Of a stretch of 64,000 nt of DNA, positions 1 to 9,594 are shown piece by piece. The notes under the pieces were generated by a model. It was not told the DNA's origin, searched no databases, and saw nothing but the letters and a program-made list of their open reading frames with translations. How positions within the stretch are numbered: position 1 is the stretch's first letter; every line of letters starts with the position of its first letter. Source of the stretch: Eledone cirrhosa (lineage: Eukaryota); contig OZ024741.1 of the NCBI GenBank assembly GCA_964016885.1, forward strand, positions 56,110,001-56,174,000, written 5' to 3'. Made by a program: the position numbers and the translations under genes.

Positions 1-768
1 AAAATCCTTTCTGCCACTTTCATAACCTCATCTATCAGTTTTATACCCCTATAATTGCTTCTCTCCAGAGCATCCCCTTTACCTTTGTAGCAATTTATGA
101 GAATACTGGTGCACCAGTCTTTAGGTATGACACCACCATATATAGCCTGATTGATGATGTGTGCAACCAGTTTAGTGCCTACGTCCCCTGATGCCTTCAG
201 CATCTCAGCAACTATTCCCGATGGTCCGGCAGCCTTACCATTTTTCATTTCCCTAATCGCCTCTTGGACCCTATATTCGTCAATCTCAATAGCTGGTCCC
301 TCTGTCGGATCTACCAAGGGTAATTTCTCTCTCTCCCATTTGTTCTCCACATTCATCAGCCTCTCATAATGACATTTCCAGGCCTCCTTTTTCTGATCAT
401 TCGTGACACTAAGTAGACCGGCATCATCCCGGACACATTTATCTCCAACAACATCCTGATTTGCATTGACACACTGCCTTGCAATGTGGAACACCACACG
501 CCTCTGATCTTCCCGTCACAGAACATTGGCAAACCTCCTACTCACTGCCTCCCTGCGTGCTAAGTACACCTGACGTCTAGCTTCTCTCTTAGTGGCTGTA
601 TATTCTTCCCTACTCCCACCCTTTTTCCAAGCCTTCCATGCTAGTCTTTTGTCTCTAATAGTCTTATCTACTGTGCTGTTCCACCACCAGATCACTCTCT
701 GTCTGGTTGGAGCTCTGCTCCAGCCACAAGTTTCATCAGTAGCCTGCAGCAAGTTGTCACGTAAGAAA
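1..768 (-). mobile_element. RTE-clade LINE fragment (endonuclease-RT linker and start of RT), continuing past the window start
   Basis: The minus-strand translation FLRDNLLQATDETCGWSRAPTRQRVIWWWN and the downstream GKAAGPSGIVAEMLKASG and YKGKGDALERSNYRGIKL motifs match the 1039-4047 ORF. The reading frame is broken near 516. Confidence 0.9.
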
Positions 769-829
769 TATATATATATCATCATATATATATATATATA
801 TATAATCATCATCATTATATATATATGTA

Positions 830-929
830 TGGATTGGCAGTATCAGTAGAGAGTCGGACGCCATGCTTTCCAGCATAGTTACGTCCCTTTACGGTCTGAG
901 TTCAAATCCCGCCGAGATTAACTTTGCCT
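830..929 (+). mobile_element. 5' half of a tRNA-derived SINE (family A), split by the RTE insertion
   Basis: A box-like TGGCAGTATCAG and B box GAGTTCAAATCC. The sequence stops at ...ACTTTGCCT and resumes at 4358, judged against the intact copy at 6904-7093. Confidence 0.85.
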
Positions 930-3900
930 GAATCTGCGAGCTACCAAGCACCCACGTGAAGCGCCAACCCAGAGACCCTCCCCTACGAGTGTCGACAAAT
1001 GCCCAAAACTCCGAGTTGGTACCATCAATGTAGGCTCAATGAAAGGAAGAGCAGGAGAAATCGTAGAAATGCTAGAGCGAAAGGAAGTTGATGTATGCTG
1101 TGTGCAAGAGACTAGATGGAGAGGAGGGTCTGCTAGAGTCCTTGTAGGAAAAAGCCAGTGCTACAAATTTTTCTGGGTGGGAAATGACGATGGGATGGGT
1201 GGTGTAGGTATACTATTAGCTGACAAGTGGGTAGATAAAGTAATCTCAGTGTACAGGGTAAATGCAAGAATCATTAAACTCAGACTAGTCCTGAATAAGA
1301 CAATTACCACAATAATATCAGCTTACGCACCCCAATCGGGGCTGCCAGACGAACTTAAGGATAGGTTTTACGAGTCCCTAATACACACTACTGCTCTAAC
1401 AGACGACAAGGACTTCCTAATCATTGCAGGAGATTTTAACGGACACGTAGGTAAACACTGCGACGGCTTCAATAGAGTACATGGAGGCCATGGAGTTGGC
1501 ACAAGGAATGAGGAAGGATTCAGACTTCTAGAATTCTGCGACGCCAATGACATGTCGATATGTAACACAAACTTTAAAAAACCCGACAACCACCTGATCA
1601 CCTATAGATCAGGGGAGCACTCTAGTCAGTTAGATTTTATCCTCATCAGAGGACGTGACAGATGGACGGTCGTAAACACAAAAGCCTTCCCTAGTGAGGA
1701 ATGTACATCCCAACATAGCTTAGTTGTCAGCGACCTCACGGTCAGAACTAGACGAGCCCTGAAACAGAGGCCAGCCTGGAGAAGAAAGATCTGGAAGCTG
1801 AAAGTCCCCTCAACCAGTAACAGATTTAAAGATATTTTACTCAACGCCTACGACAGTAAAGAAGAACAGATAGAGACATTTAACGTAGAAGAGAACTGGG
1901 AGTTCCTAAAAAATAACTTACTAGAGGCGACGGATGAGGTTTGTGGCTGGAGTAAGACCTCAAGCAGGAGGAGAGTGACTTGGTGGTGGAACAATAAGGT
2001 AGATGAAGCAGTCAAGGCCAAGAGACAGGCATGGAAAGAATGGAAGAACGGGGGGAGCAGGGTACATTACATAGAGACCAAGAGGGAAGCTAGGCGACAA
2101 GTATACTTAGCTAGGAGGGAAGCAGAGGATAGAAAATTCAAGCATGTTTTACAACGTGAGGACCAGAAACAGGAGGTATTCAAGATTGCGAGGCAGTGTG
2201 TCAGAGATAGTTGTGATGTCATTGGAGAGAAGTGTATCCGGAATGATAAAGGTGAGCTTGCCCTCACAAGTGCTGAGAAGAAAGATGCATGGAAGAGTCA
2301 TTATGATAGATTACTAAATGAGGAGAATGCATGGGAAGAAGAGACCCTACCCCACGTAGACCCTATAGAGGGACCAGCAGTACAAGTCAGCGGCAGCGTA
2401 GTAAGTAAGGCAATCAGAGATATGAAGATAGGGAAGGCAACCGGTCCATCGGGTATAGCTGCCGAGATGCTGAAGGCATCTGGGTCTGTAGGTCACACTA
2501 TAACCACACGTATCGTTAACCAGGTAATACTAGAGGGGGCCATACCAAAAGATTGGTGCAGTAGCATCATTGTCAACTGCTACAAAGGTAAAGGCGATGC
2601 ACTAGATAGAGGAAACTATAGAGGTATAAAGTTGATGGACCAGGTCATGAAAGTAACAGAAAGAGTTATAGCACAGCTGATTAGGGACCGGGTGAATATA
2701 GACGAGATGCAATTTGGGTTTGTACCAGGGAAAGGCACCACTGATGCGCTCTTCCTTGTGAGGCAATTACAGGAAAAGTACCTAGCTAAAAGTAAGCCAC
2801 TCTACTTGGCATTTGTCGACCTTGAGAAAGCCTTTGACAGAGTTCCACGTGCAGTAATCTGGTGGCCTCTTAGAAAACTAGGAGTAGATGAATGGCTTGT
2901 GAAAGCGGTACAAGCCATGTATAGGGGAGCAGTCAGCAAAGTTAGGATTGGCAATGAGTATAGCGAGGAATTTAGCGTACAGGTTGGGGTCCACCAGGGC
3001 TCTGTTCTTAGCCCTCTCCTGTTCATCATAGTCCTGCAGGCAATAACGGAGGAGTTTAAGACCGGATGCCCATGGGAACTCCTGTATGCTGATGACCTCG
3101 CACTCATAGCTGAATCTATGGTAGAACTAGAGAATAAATTCCAAACCTGGAAGCAGGGACTAGAGAGAAAGGGCCTCAAAGTCAACATGACAAAGACTAA
3201 GGTCCTTATAAGTAGACGAGAAAACAGAACCCAGATCCCCTCAGGGAAATGGCCTTGCTCAGTATGTAGGAAAGGTGTAGGTAGGAACTCCATTCTTTGC
3301 CCCAAATGCAAACAATGGGTACACAAGAGATGTAGCGGGATCTCAGGAAGCTTAATTAAGAATGTAGGATTCACATGCAGCAGCTGTGCTGAAACAGCAA
3401 GCAAACAGCCACAGGAAACAAGTACCACCAATCTCTGGGAGGGCCCTGTAGAAACAGTAGACAGCTTTTGCTACCTAGGTGACCGAATTAGCAACGGAGG
3501 TGGGTGCTCAGAAAGTACAATAACTAGGGTAAGAACGGGATGGAAGAAGTTTAGGGAACTACTACCACTGCTAGCTGCAAAAGGCTTCTCCCTCAGAATG
3601 AAAGGCAGACTGTATGATGCGTGTATCCGAACAGCGATGTTGCATGGTAGTGAGACCTGGGCGCTGAAGGTGGAAGACTTACGTAGATTAGAGAGAAACG
3701 AAGCCTGCATGCTCCGATGGATGTGTAACAGTAATATACGTGAACGACAAAGCATAAATGAATTGAGAGAGAGACTGAGCATAAGAGGAATCAAATGCTG
3801 CGTGCAGGAGAGGCGGTTACGCTGGTATGGACATGTGATGCGTATGAAGGATGACAGCTGCATAAAAAGGTGCAGAGCACTAGAAGTTGATGGAAACCGC

Positions 3901-4357
3901 GGAGTGGGGAGACCCAAGATGACTTGGGATGAGGTGATAAAAGCCGACCTTACCCAACTACACCTCTCAAAGTCAATGACACACGACCGTGACTTCTGGC
4001 GTCACGCAGTAATACAGGGTACCCGACCTCCCATGGGTACATGCTGAAGCATATAAACAATATGCCCCCCCCCCCCCCCCCCCCCCCACCGCAAGGTGGT
4101 CGTGGAGGTGCCACGGCAAAAAAGCACCCAGCCCACACTGTAAAGTGGACGTGTAGGCGCCACGAAAAAGCACCCAGCACTCACTGTAAATGAGGTTGGT
4201 GTTAGGAAGGGCATCCAGCTGTAGAAATCAAGCCAGATCAGTTCCTGTATGAGCAAGGCATGGTCAGCCGACCAGACACTGCCCACAACAGGACAACCCG
4301 TCTAACCCATGCTAGCGTGGAAGAACGGACGTAAAACGGTGATGATGATGATGATGA
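930..4357 (+). mobile_element. Near full-length RTE-clade LINE (subfamily A), 5'-truncated, with a (GAT)n tail
   Basis: Intact APE+RT ORF, a ~310-bp 3' UTR with a poly-C tract, and an end at GGACGTAAAACGGT(GAT)n. It is inserted inside a SINE. Confidence 0.93.
1039..4047 (+). CDS. RTE LINE ORF: APE endonuclease, reverse transcriptase and an internal PHD-like zinc finger
   Basis: APE motifs (upstream LRVGTINVGS, VQETRW, SAYAPQ, GDFNGH, QLDFIL, SQH). RT motifs (NYRGIKL, FVDLEKAFDRV, QGSVLSP, LYADD, FCYLG). RTE-type C-terminus RRLRWYGHVMR...GRPK.TW. No stops over 1002 aa, and the frame is open from 922. Confidence 0.95.
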   Translation: MKGRAGEIVEMLERKEVDVCCVQETRWRGGSARVLVGKSQCYKFFWVGNDDGMGGVGILLADKWVDKVISVYRVNARIIKLRLVLNKTITTIISAYAPQSGLPDELKDRFYESLIHTTALTDDKDFLIIAGDFNGHVGKHCDGFNRVHGGHGVGTRNEEGFRLLEFCDANDMSICNTNFKKPDNHLITYRSGEHSSQLDFILIRGRDRWTVVNTKAFPSEECTSQHSLVVSDLTVRTRRALKQRPAWRRKIWKLKVPSTSNRFKDILLNAYDSKEEQIETFNVEENWEFLKNNLLEATDEVCGWSKTSSRRRVTWWWNNKVDEAVKAKRQAWKEWKNGGSRVHYIETKREARRQVYLARREAEDRKFKHVLQREDQKQEVFKIARQCVRDSCDVIGEKCIRNDKGELALTSAEKKDAWKSHYDRLLNEENAWEEETLPHVDPIEGPAVQVSGSVVSKAIRDMKIGKATGPSGIAAEMLKASGSVGHTITTRIVNQVILEGAIPKDWCSSIIVNCYKGKGDALDRGNYRGIKLMDQVMKVTERVIAQLIRDRVNIDEMQFGFVPGKGTTDALFLVRQLQEKYLAKSKPLYLAFVDLEKAFDRVPRAVIWWPLRKLGVDEWLVKAVQAMYRGAVSKVRIGNEYSEEFSVQVGVHQGSVLSPLLFIIVLQAITEEFKTGCPWELLYADDLALIAESMVELENKFQTWKQGLERKGLKVNMTKTKVLISRRENRTQIPSGKWPCSVCRKGVGRNSILCPKCKQWVHKRCSGISGSLIKNVGFTCSSCAETASKQPQETSTTNLWEGPVETVDSFCYLGDRISNGGGCSESTITRVRTGWKKFRELLPLLAAKGFSLRMKGRLYDACIRTAMLHGSETWALKVEDLRRLERNEACMLRWMCNSNIRERQSINELRERLSIRGIKCCVQERRLRWYGHVMRMKDDSCIKRCRALEVDGNRGVGRPKMTWDEVIKADLTQLHLSKSMTHDRDFWRHAVIQGTRPPMGTC

Positions 4358-4443
4358 TTTCATCCTTACGGGGTCGATAAAATAAAGTACCAGTAATGTA
4401 TTGGGTAATTGCTGGCCTTGTGCCAAAAGTAGAAACAATTATA
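4358..4443 (+). mobile_element. 3' half of the SINE split by the RTE
   Basis: TTTCATCCTTACGGGGTCGATAAAATAAAGTACCAG...GTAGAAACAATT continues the SINE interrupted at 929. Confidence 0.85.
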
Positions 4444-4677
4444 TATATATGTATATATCATCATATATATATGTATATATCATCATCATCATTATATGTA
4501 TATGTATGCATATATATATATATATTTATTAAAATAACAGATTAAAGTTTAAGCAAAACTTTAATGTGTTATTTTAATAAATATTTGCTCCTCGGTTCTT
4601 ATATATCTGATATATATTTATCCTTATCAAGCCCTCTTTGGATTTTAGTCTTCAAATTTATTATTATTACTGTGTTA

Positions 4678-6699
4678 GTCGAGGGGAGTATAATAAGTAA
4701 GGCAATCAAGGATATGAAGACTGGTAAGGCGGCTGGGCCTTCGGAAATAGTTGCTGAGATGCTGAAGGCATCTGGCACGGTGGGACACACCATGGTCACC
4801 CGCATAGTTAACCAAGTCGTACAGAATGGGGTTGTTCCGAAGGACTGGCATAACAGCATCATCGTTAACTGTTATAAGGGTAAAGGAGACGCCCTAGATA
4901 GGAGTAACTATAGAGGCATTAAATTAATCGACCAGGTCATGAAGGTCACGGAAAAAGTAATAGCGCAACTAATCAGAGAGAGAATTGATCTAGATGAAAT
5001 GCAGTTCGGGTTTGTGTCAGGCAAAAGCACCACAGACGCTCTTTTCATAGTACGACAACTACAGGAGAAGTACCTAGCTAAAGGTAAACCCCTCTACTTA
5101 GCTTTTGTCGACCTGGAGAAAGCCTTCGACAGAGTCCCCCGCTCCATTATCTGGTGGGCTCTTAGAAAACTAGGCGTTGACGAATGGCTTGTGAGGGCTA
5201 TACAAGCCATGTATAAAGAAACAGTCAGCAAGGTTAGAATTAACAACGAATATAGTGAAGAGTTTAGCGTAAAAGTTGGCGTCCATCAGGGCTCTGTTCT
5301 CAGCCCCCTACTATTTATTATTGCCCTTCAGGCTATAACAGAGGAGTTCAAGACAGGCTGCCCATGGGAACTCCTATACGCAGACGACCTGACACTCATA
5401 GCGGAATCAATGGCCGAGCTAGAGAAGAAATTCCAAACATGGAAGCACGGCCTAGAGTCAAAAGGACTTAAAATTAACCTGGCTAAGACCAAAGTTCTAG
5501 TTTGTAGGAAAGAAAACAAGGCGGCGGTCCCTTCTGGGAAATGGTCGTGCTCGGTATGTAGGAAAGGCGTAGGTAGAAACTCCATCTTATGTCCTAAATG
5601 CAAAGTATGGGTGCATAAAAGATGTAGTGGGATCACAGGTAAGCTAACTAAGAACATAGACTTTACATGTGGCCGGTGTTCTGGTGCAATAAGTAGCAGC
5701 AAGTGCCCACAAAATACTAGCTCTTTCAATTGCGCAGAGGGTTCTATAGAAATAGTGGACAGCTTCCGTTACCTGGGCGATAAAATCAGCAGTGGGGGAG
5801 GGTGCTCTGAAAGTACTGTAGCTAGAGTCAGAACTGGTTGGAAAAAGTTCAGAGAGCTTATACCACTATTAGCTGCTAAAGGGTTCTCCCTAAAAATGAA
5901 AGGCAGGTTGTACGATGCCTCCATACGAACAGCAATGTTGCATGGTAGTGAGACCTGGGCATTGTGTGCAGAGGATATACGCAGACTAGAGAGGAACGAA
6001 GCTTGCATGCTCCGCTGGATGTGTAACAGTAATATACGTGAACGGCAAAGCATAAACGAACTAAGGAAAAAATTAGAGATAAGAGGGATCAGATGTTGTT
6101 TACTCGAGAGAAGGCTGCGTTGGTATGGACACGTGATGCGCATGAAAGTCGATAGCTGTATTACAAAGTGCAGGGCAATAAAGATAGACGGTAGCCACGG
6201 AATAGGCAGACCTAGAAAAACATGGGATGAGCTGATAAACTCCGACCTCACACACTTACACCTCTCCAAGACAATGTCACTGGACCGTGACCTTTGGCGG
6301 TACTCAGTAACAGAGAAGACCCGCCTTGCCAGTAGGCATCTCTAACAAAATACACCCCTCCCGCCGCCACCCCCACCCCATCCACACCACCCCGTTCTAT
6401 GTAAAGTTATGTTGGTGCCGCGCCATCCAGGCCGAAACAAATGAGATCGTGTAGGTGTCACGACAAAAAAACACACAGTCCACGCTGTAATGTGGCCGTG
6501 TAGGCAACACGGTAAAAACCTCCCAGACCCACACTGTAAATGTGGTTGGTGTTAGGAAGGGCATCCAACTGTAGAAAACCTGCCAGACAGTCCTATGCGA
6601 GCAAGACAATCACTCTTGCCTCAAGTGGGACTACCCCCGTCCAAACCCATGCAAGCGTGGAACACGGACGTTAAACGTTGATGATGATGATGATGATGA
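4678..6699 (+). mobile_element. 5'-truncated RTE LINE (subfamily B) with an open RT and PHD-like frame, 3' UTR and (GAT)n tail
   Basis: ORF 4564-6345 is homologous to the 1039 ORF from VEGSIISKAIKDMK onward. Its first ~38 aa are unrelated flanking sequence. LYADD is intact and the endonuclease is absent. Confidence 0.92.
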
Positions 6700-6743
6700 T
6701 ATACCTACATCATTATATATGTGTATATATGTGTGTATGTATA

Positions 6744-6774
<31 letters not shown>

Positions 6775-6790
6775 GTGTGTATGTGTGTGT

Positions 6791-6837
<47 letters not shown>

Positions 6838-6903
6838 TTATTTCTCTTTTTTTTTTTCTTCTTTATTTTATCGTTTATCACAGTCATATATATCTCATTA
6901 TCT

Positions 6904-7093
6904 AGGGCAGTCGATTGGCAGTATCGGTAGAGGGTCAGACGCCATGCTTTCCAGCATAGTTACGTTTCTTTACGATCTGAGTTCAAATCCCGCCGAGGTT
7001 GACTTTGCCTTTCATCCTTACGGGGTCGATAAAATAAAAGTACCAGTAATGCACTGGGTAATTGCTGGCCTTGTGCCTAAAGTAGAAACAATT
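6904..7093 (+). mobile_element. tRNA-derived SINE, family A (intact reference copy)
   Basis: A box TGGCAGTATCGG, B box GAGTTCAAATCC, a conserved core GCCTTTCATCCTTACGGGGTCGATAAAATAAAAGTACCAG and an AT-rich tail. Further copies lie near 13490-13705, 21358-21572, 30972-31175, 35220-35420, 38080-38270(-), 48757-48965 and 56209-56402(-). Confidence 0.85.
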
Positions 7094-7244
7094 ATCTCAT
7101 TATCTATTATATGACCAATTACTTTATACACACTCCATGTGTTGCCACTCCCATATTTCTGATTCACTAACACATTTCATTGACTATTTAAATATTTTTG
7201 TTTACCTCCTCCAGAAATGTGTGAAAGTATGTATATTTACTTAT

Positions 7245-7449
7245 TTAACCCTTTAGCATTTAAACCGGCTGTATCCAGCCAGAATTCTCTCACCTCTTTC
7301 TGTTCAAACCGTCTGTAACTAGCCACTCATACCAACGTTAATATCAAAATCTTGTAGATTCGATATTATGTGAGATAATTATGGGGTTAGAGCTTTTTCT
7401 GTGAAAATACAATAATAAATATAGAGTAATGTAAATGCTAAAGGGTTAG
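7245..7449. mobile_element. piggyBac-type MITE
   Basis: TTAA-CCCTTTAGCATTTA ... TAAATGCTAAAGGG-TTAG terminal inverted repeats around ~200 bp of non-coding DNA. Several copies occur in the window. Confidence 0.8.
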
Positions 7450-7802
7450 ACTTAAATTGCATGATTATAATCTGGAAATTTTGACCATAAGTAATTTGAG
7501 GATATACCTGTCTATATGCTGGATTTACTATATAAGCGTGACCTCATCTACAGAACTTTGGTTTTCCTCCAAACTTCTCTGATGAAATGCAAATATAAAA
7601 TGCACAATGTGAGATAGTGGATTATGAAATATGTAATAATTCAGCTTTCATAGTTGATTGCATAATTTCATTGAAACACGTGTCAGAGACCCTATTGTGT
7701 AATAAATGTTTCTTGGAATTTCAACAAATCTTACCTAAGTATCCTGTTCATGTTATATATATATATATGTGTGTGTGTGTGTCTGTCTGTGTATATGTAT
7801 AC

Positions 7803-7861
<59 letters not shown>

Positions 7862-7899
7862 ATTAAATAAATGGAAAACTATATTTATAAAACCATATT

Positions 7900-7965
7900 T
7901 ATTTCATTATATATATTTCGGGGATATCATATTAACAATATGCTATGCCTTCATCAGACAAAATA
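7900..7965 (-). ncRNA. Minimal type I hammerhead ribozyme motif (Penelope-type), partly degenerate
   Basis: The minus strand reads UAUUUUGU-CUGAUGA-AGGCAUAGCAUAUU-GUU-AAUAUGAUAUCCCC-GAAA-U-AUAU-A-UA-AUGAAAUA. This gives the core boxes, a helix II hairpin, a palindromic loop III and a pairing helix I. Confidence 0.6.
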
Positions 7966-8061
7966 CAATATAAACAGTTTTATAGATAAATATATTCGAC
8001 ATACCGTAATAAACATCAACTTCATTTGAAGAGGTTTACTCTAGCAGTGTAAATATAACTT

Positions 8062-8106
<45 letters not shown>

Positions 8107-8156
8107 TTAATTCCAACATTTCAAACTCTTACTAGTTGTTGTTTTTGTTGTTGCAG

Positions 8157-8297
8157 GCAGCTAATGGCCATGAGGAATGTGTCGATGCATTACTGCACAA
8201 TGGTGCAGAAATCACTGCCAAAGACATCAAGGGACGCACACCACTTCACTTTGCAGCAATGTGTGGACACGTGGGCATCCTGGGTACATTATTACAG
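8157..8297 (+). CDS. ANKRD28: PP6 regulatory ankyrin repeat subunit, internal exon (AANGHEECVDALLHNGAEITAKDIKGRTPLHFAAMCGHVGILGTLLQ)
   Basis: TTGCAG acceptor and GTATGT donor, phase 0-0. Ankyrin repeat matching the GHEECVDALL...GRTP segment of ANKRD28/44/52. Confidence 0.9.
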
Positions 8298-9121
8298 GTA
8301 TGTGAATTTTGGTGGATTTTATACTGGGTTCATAGAGGGGCAGCTGTATTGGTTTTTGGTAATTTGATACTGAGATTGGATGTCTGTGTGTGATGTATAG
8401 TGTTTTTGTTGATGTGTGTATATGTACATGTGTTGATCTGAGTTTGTGTGTGTGTGTACATGAGTTGATCTCTGTATGCATGCATGTTGATCTGAGTGTG
8501 TGTGTATGTCTTGATTTAGATATGTGAGTGCATGTGTTGATCTGTATATGTGTGTTTTCTGCATGTATTAAATACCTAAATTTATAATAATGGAACATAA
8601 GGTTGACTTTAATAATAACCTGTCTATCAACCTCTAGCATAGGTAAAATCATTAAAAAAGTTTTAAACAGAATTATCCCTGACTTAAACAAAAACTAAGC
8701 TTAAAATTATGAATCAATACTGATCCTTCTAATCATGTATCTAATGAAATATATGTTTACTTTTTGAAACTGCTGGTAATGCAGAGATAAGTCAAACTAT
8801 TAATACTATATATGTTGTTGGGGTGGGGGGTCTGTCTGTTCTAACACAGTTTTCCTGTTAATTCGATAAATGGAACAGCCTACTCATGAAATTATTGAGT
8901 ATGTGCCTGAGCATTCCACCGTTAAAGTTTTCAGGGAGATTCAACATAGCACAAGATGTGTGTAAAAGGGCTGGATCCTTTAAGTTACAGATACATTGCT
9001 GGCTGTGTGGATTGGAACAGCATGAAAAAATGCCTTGTGTTATATTGTCACAAATTGAACTGATGACCTTATATTCAAACAACTTAACCACTGCCATATA
9101 TATATATTTGTGTAATTTAAG

Positions 9122-9188
9122 ATTGGAGTGCTGGAAGAACAAGAAGACAATAAGGGGTTCACACCCCTCCACTGGGCCTGCTACAATG
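9122..9188 (+). CDS. ANKRD28: ANKRD28-family exon (IGVLEEQEDNKGFTPLHWACYNG)
   Basis: AAG acceptor and GTACGT donor, phase 0-1. Contains the LHWACYNG motif. Confidence 0.85.
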
Positions 9189-9512
9189 GTACGTGTAATC
9201 TCATGTTGTTGAGGTGGTGGTGATGGGAATATGGTGTTTTGGTCATGGTAGTTGTTTTCATGTTGGTGGTCTCCAGAGAAGTAAACTTGATTCATTATCA
9301 CTGCTATCACCAACACTACTACCATCACGACCACTAACACCAACCATCAGCACTACTACCACTACCATCACACCTTGACCATCACCACCACTAATAATAC
9401 TACTATCACTACCACTACTACCATCACCACCACCACTATTAAAATTACTACAATCACAAACACTACAACCAACACCACTACCATTACTCCAATATTTCAT
9501 TTGTTGTTACAG

Positions 9513-9594
9513 GACATGACAGCTGTATAGAACTCCTACTGGAACATAAGATGACACAAAGTAAAACCTTATTTACTCCTCTACATTGTGCTGT
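9513..9594 (+). CDS. ANKRD28: ANKRD28-family exon (HDSCIELLLEHKMTQSKTLFTPLHCAV)
   Basis: TTACAG acceptor and GTAAGT donor, phase 1-2. Confidence 0.9.

Noticed and set aside
4564-4677. Hydrophobic N-terminus of the 593-aa ORF, resembling a signal or transmembrane fusion to RT
   Set aside because: It is AT-rich flanking DNA that happens to be in frame with a 5'-truncated LINE. Homology starts at 4678.
1368-6269. Antisense ORFs overlapping the RTE ORFs (e.g. 2802-3431 and 5769-6269)
   Set aside because: They are shadow frames of the RT coding strand, with no recognisable domains.
6904-7000. tRNA gene candidates from A/B boxes
   Set aside because: There is no complete cloverleaf, and each is followed by a SINE body and tail.
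6631-7114. Many short ORFs rich in YI/CV/HT repeats, here and near 16300, 20300, 28400, 31900, 34800 and 52800
   Set aside because: They are translations of (TA)n, (TG)n and (CA)n microsatellites with no splice or homology support.
9290-9490. Thr/His-rich or Val/Gly-rich ORFs
   Set aside because: This is a degenerate (ACC/ACT)n trinucleotide tract inside a phase-consistent intron.
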